Shown: positions 12,701 to 23,546 of the stretch, in pieces
How positions within the stretch are numbered: the first letter of the stretch is position 1
Layout: every line of letters starts with the position of its first letter
The notes under the pieces: generated by a model
Database searches by the model: none
What the model was told of the DNA's origin: nothing
What the model saw: the letters and a program-made list of their open reading frames with translations, nothing else
Assembly: GCA_976226885.1 (NCBI GenBank)
Contig: OZ320313.1
Coordinates: 118,978,001-119,042,000, forward strand
Length of the DNA stretch: 64,000 nucleotides
DNA from: Iphione sp. A-MEVVRFRX5
Taxonomy: Eukaryota
Direction: 5' to 3'
Program-made: the position numbers and the translations under genes

Positions 12701-15700
12701 AGTTTATCCGACTATGATAACATAAATGCCTGGATAAAATAAAAAATAATAAGAATAACATCACTAAACCCTTGGTACTATAATTATATGGAGTTGATGA
12801 TTACATCTGTGCTAGTGATGCTGCAACTGCAGAGCCTGCAGCTGCACATGTGAATCATACACAAAATTGTAGGATGGCAGGTTCAAAATACCACAACCTC
12901 GATATTCGCGGAAAGCTGCCCGAGGTTATTGTGAGAAGTCATATAGACTCCTGTAAATTCGCCATGGATCGTTTTTACATACTGCATTCACTACAAACCA
13001 TTATCAATCTGTTAGTATTTCTTGGTAAAGCGTCATTTTACCCCGTGACTCCTCCTCCCTCCCCTTCTCTGGTCTTAATTAGTCAAAGTCAAAAAGTGAA
13101 ATAGTAGAAATGAACTGACGAAGTTGTTCGGTTCGATTTGATTCGCGCTCCGGGTAGCCCTGGCCGATGACGAATTGGATCGTTCGTTCGTTGATAGGTT
13201 GTTGTGTTGGAGAACACGGGCCTTCGCCGTTGAGGCAGGCCAGTTGTAAATCTGAACTGAGCTGTTGATTATATACTAGAGTGGCGCTGCAAACGTGAGG
13301 TCGACCAGAGCCCCCTGTCGCACTCACCTGGTACAAATACCTTGGCATTGAGGCGCATGGACATGTGGCAGGTGGTGTCACCCATGTGCGGCCCCTGAAA
13401 GCATTAAGGTTTAAGGGGATTATAATGCGAGGTGGGTGGGGTGGGTGTAGGCATATGGAGAATGTTGAGAAACATGGCACGTGGTGCGGCCATGTGTACA
13501 GGGACAGGTGTGAACCGATGCTAAGCCTTAATTTCCATGTATCGGTATTTGTCATCCGCGTCTCTGTGTCGGCAACTTGGATATGTGTTCCTTTGATATG
13601 GACCCACTCGAACAAAAGAAACATGGACTCCATGTAGTTTCAAGGAAGGCAGGATAGTAAACCTGCCTATATCAAAATCAAGCCTAGTCCTACGTACATT
13701 TATGCAGGTGTGTTTCCACGTCGGTCAAAATAGAAACTGTAGTCCTCTGCTTTGGATATGTACCAAACCAAGAGATACGGTCTCCAAGCTGTTGCGACAG
13801 AGGTACAGCGAGAAAATATAATCACCTAGAAATTGGAGTGGGAAAGAACTATATACCCTATGTTCAAATACATAAAGACACATTATTAGTTCTACTTTTA
13901 GTCGATATTAAGGAGAAATTTTCAAATCATCTAGTTGAAAGTGTATTTCGAGCTTTAACCTATTCATATCTTATAACACCCAGCGTGCATCTCAACTGAA
14001 CAGGATACTCTCCGAATGTGGCTTGAACATTGCATACACACAGCATATATTTTCTCTTCGAGTGAAAAAAGGAACCGCATCGCAATGATAAGCGTAGTAA
14101 CGGACCGGAAATATAAACTCACAACTAAAAGTGGCTAATGCTCTGTGTGTACATCTTCATCCAGCTCGTCCACGATGGGTCGAAAAGCCGGCCGCCAAAA
14201 CAGTCTCAGTCGGGGACAACGTGACATTCGAGTGCCGGGCTGAGGGCTTCCCGGCGCCTGCCGCTCGCTGGCTGATCAACGGGGAACCAATACATATGCA
14301 GAGTAGGTTTAAAATCACACTTATTGCCTGTCTTCTCCTTTTCTATACTTTTTGTTTCCATTTCTGTCTCTGGGTATTTAAAAAGATAACGGAAATAAAC
14401 ATCAATTTACACATTTGTTCATAAAGTATATGAACTACATGTATATTCATTTCATAAGTACAGTTTCGTAAGTACATGCATATATGCACATTTCCCTCAT
14501 ACATGCATAATGATTTTCTGATATGTGCAGAATGTAGTCACTATTTGTTGACTTTATCAGTTGTGTAATATTTATGAACATATTATGTGCCAAATAAAAC
14601 GTGTGGACATGGTGCTACCCTGGGCCTAATTATTTACAAGAGCCTTTGGCCGATCTGTTGCCTATAGGCACATAAATTGAGTACTCTGTGAAAATTTCAC
14701 ACAGTTAAGAATTTCTCAATATTCGACACGAAATAATTGGTTTCAAGAGGGGACAGGAGCTACTTTTGCCTACATTCAAACTGCTTGTTATAGCACATAT
14801 AAAAAAAATATCCTTCAAAGTCACTGTATACCATCCATACAGATCAAAATTCAAAGATGCACCTTACGCCAGAGGGGGCATTGGTCTTAGTCAATGTAAC
14901 AAAGGACGATATGCAGAACCTCCAATGCAACGTCAGCAATACGAATGGTTATCTCTTTGCCAACGCCTTCCTCAATGTCTTGTGTAAGTCCGATTATAGA
15001 CTTCATGTACAATACAAAGGAAATTAAACTTATTTAAGTTCACAGTAACTTCTTTCATGTAAATGGTATATTGAGTTATTTTGTGGTATTGAAAAATTAT
15101 GATGGACTGTATCAAAAAGTCGTGAATATCCCTTGCATTCAGGAAATGCGCAGTTGACTTGGTGAATCAAATCTATGACTACAGGGGTATTTTTTTAAAT
15201 ATAATTCTATGGGCATTTGGCAGTATGTCAAGCGTAATCTTATTCTAAAGAAATGAACAAGATGCAAAGTAAAACAGCTGACGAAAGATAACTAAAACAT
15301 TACGGCGCGCATTTGCAGACCCGGTAGCTATCACCCTGCCACCCAGCAGTGTAGTACTTGCACCTGGAAATGTAGTCCTCTTTGAATGTGGCTTCGAGGC
15401 GGACCCGGGACTACCGGTCGCCATCACCTGGCTGCGCGGGGGTCAACCCATCGTCTTCGAACGAGGCCGCATCTACGAGACGGCTGACCACACGCTTGTC
15501 ATCAACACCACCCTGGAGGAAGATGGCGGCCTCTCGTTCGTGGCCGCCTACACCTGTCACGTCGAAAATGGTGTGGACAGTGTCGAAGCCACTGCCAAAC
15601 TGCAGCCACCGCCAAGCCCCCAGACGATGGCGTCCGCACAGTTTGGGGAAGGTCAGGGTGAGGGCGTTTGACGTCAACTTATGATTCATTTGTTCATGTT

Positions 15701-18700
15701 CAATTTGCTCATTTAGCAATGTTTGCGGTTTCTCTGTGTCGTTATTTCTGCTTTGTGTATTTCTACTGCGAGTTTGGCTCAGGCTGTTCGTCCCAGTCTA
15801 TTCGTTTATCACCCTTTCTCTCTCATCCTCGGTGTTTGCGTTTGTGCCGTGTTTCATCACGCATGTTTTCTCATCTTTCATCTTAAATACGAGGCAATTA
15901 TCATATAAATGAATCATGATAAACATACAAAATCAGCAAAACTATGTTATTATTTCGATGTGTGCTTGATGAAACCATCTCTATTTCCCGGGAAAGTATC
16001 AGGGAGGACTCAAGCAAAGTCCCTACTCTTGTAATTGATTGACATCCCCCCCCCCCTTGTCTTATTGAATGTTAATTTTAAGCTGTCCATTTTGTACGGA
16101 TTAAATCTTTTCATAACCGGCAATTTCAGGTTTTGGTTGGCTCTGTTTTAATAAAGACCTTTATTTACTCGACAAAGACAGACATCTTTCAGATTATGTT
16201 GAGTGTAAATCTGAGGGAATTCTATTGCATTAAACGTTTTACTTCTTAGCAAAGCGTCCATCCGTATTCAGTCATAAACAAATAGATTGTATGTTTACAG
16301 GCCTCTAACACTTTTAAACAGGTTAATTGTGTATACTATAAAACAAATAGTCTTGAAATCTAAGAATATAAGTTTATGTAGCTATATTACATAATCTAAC
16401 ATTTGAATTGGTTTTCAACGCATTATCATGTTAGTACCGAAAACAATATTCGCAGTGAATGATGCAACAATCAAAGTGATTATTTATGTCTTCTGCACAG
16501 ATTTCCTTTTCATCGGACTGACTGTGGGACTGACCATCATCGTGATCGTCTGCCTTGTGGCCCTGAGCGTATTCAAGAAACGACAACAGTCAATGCTCAC
16601 CCGGTCGGGTACAGACACAAGTATCCTCACCTACCTGTCGTCTGCTTCCCGCCTCGAGGAAGAAACAACCAGTAGGTGCAGCAAACTCGAGAGTTTTAAC
16701 AAGAATCAAAATTATTACACCAAAAAAAATGATAGAGATTTGAAACACAGACCTTAAAGATTTGCTCAGCCAGTGTCCTCCGTTGTCGCTAGAAAAATCA
16801 CGATACCTAGCGCTAACCACGGACCTTTATTATTGAACATCTGTTTTTTCTTTTTTAAGTGCTATGCCTGTAAATTAATTTTACAAACCATTTGTTTTAA
16901 GTTGTTTATCATTTCCAAATTTTATGGAAAGAGGTGAGAGTACACAGTCTAACAGTTAAACGGCATATGAAATTATTCCATCGGAAATTTCTAAAAAAAT
17001 TAAAATAGTCTCGTTAAATTTAGTACATATGTAACACCAAGGTGAAGAGTTTGTGGCGGTTCGCTTCAAGCCCATAAATGTGTCCACTCGTCTCACAGAA
17101 ATGGACTGCTTCCTGCCTGTCGTAGAACATAATCTCTTACCATCGAGTTTCAGTACATAAATTTGGCACTGAGAGCGTAAGGGAAGAGTTGCCTTTCATT
17201 TGCTGATAATGTTTCTTTTTGCGCAAAACCATAATTCTTGAGCTTCAATCATAACGTACGGCCGAAATTGAAATAAGCATAGCTTATAAACTCGGCGTTC
17301 CATTTTTAAAACAGTTCTGATATAAAACAACAGGTCAGACCACTTTAATCTACATTGATATGGTACTCTCATCTTGAAATTTCGACTTTAAGTTAACCTT
17401 TTTTCATACTACTGTATCACTGCGAAACACAACGTTCAGATATGAATGCAACACCTCCCTAGAATAGTTTATATTTTTTTTGTTTACAATTACGGTATTT
17501 CCTCAGTCACTCAGTTGGTCAAGAAAAACGCACCTGAAGACTCTCGGTTTGCGAGCCACTGGTTGGGGCAGCAGACGACTTTCGCACCTGATAGGACACC
17601 ACTGTGCCTGTGTTGTGTGCAAAATTTTGTGGCAAGATTAACATTTTGAAAAAAAAAGACAGACAATCAGTTGAAATAATTTTTGTATGCGTGCATAGAT
17701 TTTTAAAAAGCACCCTCCGAACATAACCTTAGGCAACTGGCAAAAAATGGAAACCAGCAATGTACGGGGTTTCAACAATCTTGCTGCAAAGCCAACTCCA
17801 ATGGTCCACCATGCACTGGTACAGTATGCATGTCTTGCTCGATTCCATCGATTTTGAGTAGTCAGTAAACTGTAGCTAACGACTCACTTGCAGGGTTGGC
17901 TCAGTCTGACATGACGGACTTTCCCTTGCTGCCCTATCTAGATGACGAGCAGCTCAAGGCGAACATCAAGGCGGTGCTCATTCAGCGCAGCCGCATTCAC
18001 CTGGGCACAACCCTTGGCAAAGGTAAGTGGATGTACTTATACAAAAGATTCTTCAGACATTTTATGGGTGTAACCTGTTCGATATGAACAGAATTCCATT
18101 ACAGCTAGTGTTGATATGCATGGACAATACATGTAGATGGGTTAGGAGATTATTTCGTCGCCCTCAGAAGTTTCACACCTATACTTCTATCTAGATACGA
18201 TTTTGTATCAACGTAAAAATGTTTTGTTATGCGTGATTAATGTTCACCTTGCCGTGTTATTTGAAGGAAATGCTATTACATACCAAAGATTAATAGACTA
18301 TATATAACATATAATTTATATGGGTCAGATAATTGTTGATTTGCACCATGCATCAATGAAAGATAATAGAGCAGTGGATAATGCCACTATACTTCAGCTA
18401 TCACTTGATCTGTGCAATAACAATCCATAGATCATAAGAGAATGTTAATGTGTGTAAGAGGCTATGCTTCTCTCCACCTTGGAGCAACTGTGCCATTGAC
18501 ACAGGAAGTCTCAGTTCCATGCCAACAGAATACCGACCCTACTGACCCAAAGTCATGGAAATGAGCATGCATCTATATTCTTAGGCGTTAGAAGGATATG
18601 ATATTCATCCAATAAGTAGAGAAGTACGTCTGATTCATGCTTGTTCTCATTTAGCCAATTCTGACTCACATGGGCAGCTTCTACTTCAATTCACTGATCA

Positions 18701-21700
18701 CTTTTTGTGAGTCACATTTGAGTAGAATTATGTTGTTGATAGAATTATTTGCTTTTGTATGCATAAAGGGTATATATTAACCATGTTTTATGCTAATTTT
18801 GGTATTTTTCCATCAAATAGATTTTAAGTTACAAAGAGTCAAAAATGACAGTTTTAGCCCTGGAAAGGCCTAGGGAGGATGCAGGATGTCTATGCGGCAA
18901 GCACATGTTAGTGGTTTTCTTGGGGTGGAGCAATCAGGCCAAAAGCAATCGGCTATTTGCCAAATGGCGCCATCAATATTGTCTAAAGTTAAAAAGGTAA
19001 AACAAATGTATGGACGAACAATAAACAGTGGGGGAATGTACTTGAAAACTTTGTAATGCGTCAGTAATATCGGTTTGATTTTTATGGACTACCAGAACAG
19101 TTACAATTTGACAAATGATATGCAAGATCGAAATCAATAATATGTCCATAGCGTAGTCCTGTTAAAATTACATTTACACCCGTGTGGAGCTGACGGACAT
19201 AAGTGCTGCCATCTGTCGGAACTAGTAACAACCTCCGCAGTACTTGGAGGCATTTTCTGCATGATGTACGATTGTGACATACCGGAACAGCTAATGAGAA
19301 ATTTCAGTCAATGGTTGTGCCTACTTTTAAACGATATTTCTTAGGTATAAAGATAGGTATGTTTGCCACTGTCTATTCTGTTTCGCAAGCATCCGAAAAA
19401 GAAGTGAGAACTTGGTGACCTACATACATCTCATGGTCCAGTTTGGTCACTCTCTGCTATTGCACCATCGCTTCGCGTGTGCATAAAGGCAGGTGCGAAG
19501 TCACGTCCAATAGCCTGGCTAAGTTGAGGGGTTACTTTGAAAGTACGAGAGGAAAATCCATTGTTCCCCTGACGCGATCCAGTTTTTATACGAGGTGATC
19601 GTGGTTCGAAACTCCTAGGGTGTGAGAATACATGTACTTCCATATGGTACTTCGCATGTTCTCGTATGTTTGTGTCAACTACAATATATAATCATGAAAA
19701 ACAAATAGTGCATGGAGCATTTTCATTCAGTTCCCCGATAGAAATTTATTTGAAGAGTTACGGTAATATGACGCATACATCACCAGTTTAAGACAACAAG
19801 AGTGATAAACTTATCGTCTCCCTCTTAATGTACGGGGTACATTTAAAACGTTTTGTGTGTATGTTCTCCATTTTTTCCTGTAGTTAAATACAAAATGAGA
19901 TCTAATCGAGTTAGAAAACGAACGTTTATTTACAGTAAGAGCACACACTAAAGAAAAAGGTGGAAAGCCATATGAAATGATCAAAATACATGTCCATTGT
20001 ACCTGCAGTGTATTGCACGGGAGAGAACACATTGAGGTGAAGTAATGATATACAGAAACATGTGGAATATCCCTTGTGGAGTCCTTCCATCAAATATAGG
20101 AGGGGGCATTTAGTACAAAGATGTAGCATAATGAATCAAAAATGCTTTTTTTTCTCTTTTATGTACAGTATGGCACTGTAATGGACGAATCACTGTTTTT
20201 CTTTGCCACAATAGGCCAGTTTGGACGCGTCTATGCAGGCGTACTGAAGGATGTCCGTGGCAAGGCTGCCGCCAGGGTGGCTGTCAAGACTTTGAAGTGT
20301 ACGTTCGAACCTCATTAACATAAACTAAGTTATTCCTACAAGTATTAAGGGTGGGGTTTGCGCATTGCTGCTTTGAAAATCATGTTCCACGGTAACTTCT
20401 GCATAATTTGCAAATGATTATTCTACCTCATTTTGTCGATTTCTGGTCCTGCAACGAAGTATGTCAGCAACGCCCAGGCCGTCACCGCGGCCTCTCGTTG
20501 CAGGGAACGTAAGCCCCACCGGCTCACAACTAGGCTTCCAAAAGTTTTAAATACAGACCGAATTCTTGGCAGAAGAGGAGAGGAAGAATGCTATCTCCCT
20601 GTTTCTTTATATTTAATTATATAGATACATATGGTTTTATATCATGGTCTACCATATTTTGACCAGCTGTAGATTATACCACGAATCATTATGTTTCATA
20701 TACCAATCAAGAATTGCAATGTATTGTCTGCTTTTTTATTCAAATGTATGATACTGTGATTACACACTGTATCAGAATTATATAATGTACTATCAATGAA
20801 ATTCAAAACTGTCAAAAAAGCACAATACAATACTGTGTTTTTCCATGAAACGTCTTGAAATGAATGTAAAGTAGTAGGGGATCGGAGGGCTCAGATGAAC
20901 AACCCAATCCCCGTCGATGTTATAATATGGCACTGTGAATGAGAGGCTTCTTTAACAGAAGCACCATGTATTACCATTGACGACTCTCATATTTGATGTG
21001 CGATGGCTCCCGTTTACACTGTTAGTTCCAACTTCATTATAAAGGGGCTTCGTTCTCCGAAGATTCGCTAAGAGGAATATACCTTTACGGATCGATCATA
21101 CAGTGTATAGTAACCTTCATTTTCTTAGACAAACCAGAGGAGACAGAGATCGTGGAGTTGTTCCTGCGTGAGGCTATAATGATGAAGGATTTCAAGCATC
21201 CCAATGTCCTAAGCCTTATCGGTATCAGTGTTGACGAGGATGGCAGTCCAATGGTCATACTCCCACTCATGGAAAACAGTGATCTCCGCATGTATGTCCA
21301 GGACCCTGAGAAGGTACAATGTCATTTACCTACTGGTTTGACATCAGGATATGTACAAACTTGATTGTCGAATGGATTTGCCTCTACGCTGTTTAGACAT
21401 TAGTTACATGTCACAAATAGCCCCAAATACAACATGTTGTGAATGCTAATAAATGACATATTTGCTAATGCTAATTTTAGACACATATAAAGATTACAAT
21501 TATTTTATAACTATATAATACATTATTTTTACTGCCCTGTCGTTGACTCATAGGAAATTACGGTTCTCGAACTGCTCGTGCTGGGTCTTCAGGTTGCCCG
21601 TGGTATGATCTACCTGAGTGATAAAAGGTTCATCCACCGAGATCTTGCTGCCAGGAACTGCATGTAAGAATCTGCCTTTCAACCCTGATAGCGTCCTGTA

Positions 21701-23508
21701 TAGCAAAGACAGCAGACTGTGCAGGCCCAACACACGAGGCCGCAGCTATATAGCAAACACCTGGTGCCATTTATTTGCCATTAGCGTCAGAGCAACAACC
21801 TGACACCCTTACCACTCCCTGCTATATTATGACACCCAGCTATAGGGTACCTGTGGTTCCCTTCCATTCTCATCTCAGAAGAGTCTTGCTTTCGTTCTAC
21901 GTCCCAGCATTCCATTACCCCGCGAGATTTACAAATGGTTATCATACACACTTTGAAAAAAGCTCCATTAACTTCGATATGGCGCAAAAAAACCATACCT
22001 TTGTCATTGGAATAAGTATTATCAATGTCCAATACGGTGTAGTAAAAAGGACTCCTCTTGGTGGCTTCCTACAGGGTTGACGCCAACCGCAATGTCAAAG
22101 TGGCTGATTTTGGCCTCTCCAGAGATCTGTTTGCGCGCGATTATTATCGCATTGAGGACGGGAAGACGCCTCTCCCGGTCCGCTGGATGGCGCCAGAGTC
22201 GCTCACTAAGAGCGTTTTTACAACGATGAGCGATGTGGTAAGTATACATGTATATATATACATGTATGCAGCTGTGGAGTGTTTGGAATGTTGGTCCTCA
22301 CTGTACATCAAAGTAAATAAGACCGCACGTTTAAAACAACATTTATAAGGGCCTGATCACATACAGCCTGATGAAAAATACATCCCCATGTCCGGGTGCA
22401 GAGTAAACCCCCTACAGATATCGTTGTTAATTGCTTTCATATGGTTCACAGATTTATTTTACTATTGGCTCCTATGGAATCCTCATACATGTCTGGACAA
22501 AACCCATCCCAGATGGTTTGACATCCACACCCTTGTGCAGACATGGAAAAATCTGTATGTACATGTATGTTAATGCCTATAATGGTTAGAGCAGGCTGGA
22601 TAAAAATCTGCACCCGTGTATGGCTGCAGAACGGAAAAATCTGGTTATATGTGAACAATGCCTTATAGATGATTTTTTCTTTGTGTTTCAACCCCGGAAG
22701 AGGTTAGTTCAGTAATGGCCCATATCGGTCCCGAATCATTCACTTGTACAGCTAATGCTTTTACATATTGTACTCCTGACAAGCCCGAGTTCATATTTAG
22801 TCCAGCACTAGTCTAAACATCACGGGATGCATGGTATGCATGGTCCACCTCTGTCCTTTAGGTAGACTATCTAGGAGGCAGATTATTCGATAGTCGCTAA
22901 GACTAGGCATCCTGCATTCCATATAACTCGTTACAGGATCGGGCCGCCTGAACGATGTACATGTAGATGGAGATGTAGTGGGAATATCTGGCGCAACCCA
23001 CAGTCATATAGCGGGTGACAAAACAACAACGGCGCGGGTACACTCAGCCCCACTTTTAGAATAATATGCGACGTGGTTTTTTTCACTCTTTTGAATACCA
23101 TGTATCAAATTTTGAAAATCATCTATAAGAGTATGTATTTTTTTTTACTATTTTCTATAACACATACGCACTATTCACCACCATAGCTAAATCATGTATG
23201 TTTTCTGTGGCATGTATCGACTATTCCTTGTTATTATTATCATTACTTTGGTAATGGAGCGAAATTGCGGCAGGGGGCAAAATTAGCAGCCTTTGCTATG
23301 TAATCAGACGTCCTTGTGCGTTCGTTCCGCTTCATCACATACCTGTCCTTGCAGGTCTCCTTGCCCTCCTTAGGCCAGCTTTCCATGCATACGGAAATTT
23401 TTCCGTAGAGCGTAGTTCATCCGGAAATTGGGCCTATTTTCCGGACTCTTCAGGCCATGGCTTTCCATGTGTACGTGTGCATGCATGCGTGCATGCATGC
23501 ATGTGTAT

Positions 23509-23546
<38 letters not shown>

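Noticed and set aside
15411-15719. Minus-strand ORF (also 12393-12647, 9900-10145 and 37748-37975)
   Set aside because: Antisense or alternate-frame shadows of GC-rich Ig exons
17042-17152. Possible extra phase 1-1 juxtamembrane exon of gene A ([14 protein letters not shown]...)
   Set aside because: Frame is open, but the acceptor lacks a pyrimidine tract and the model is in frame without it; needs RNA evidence
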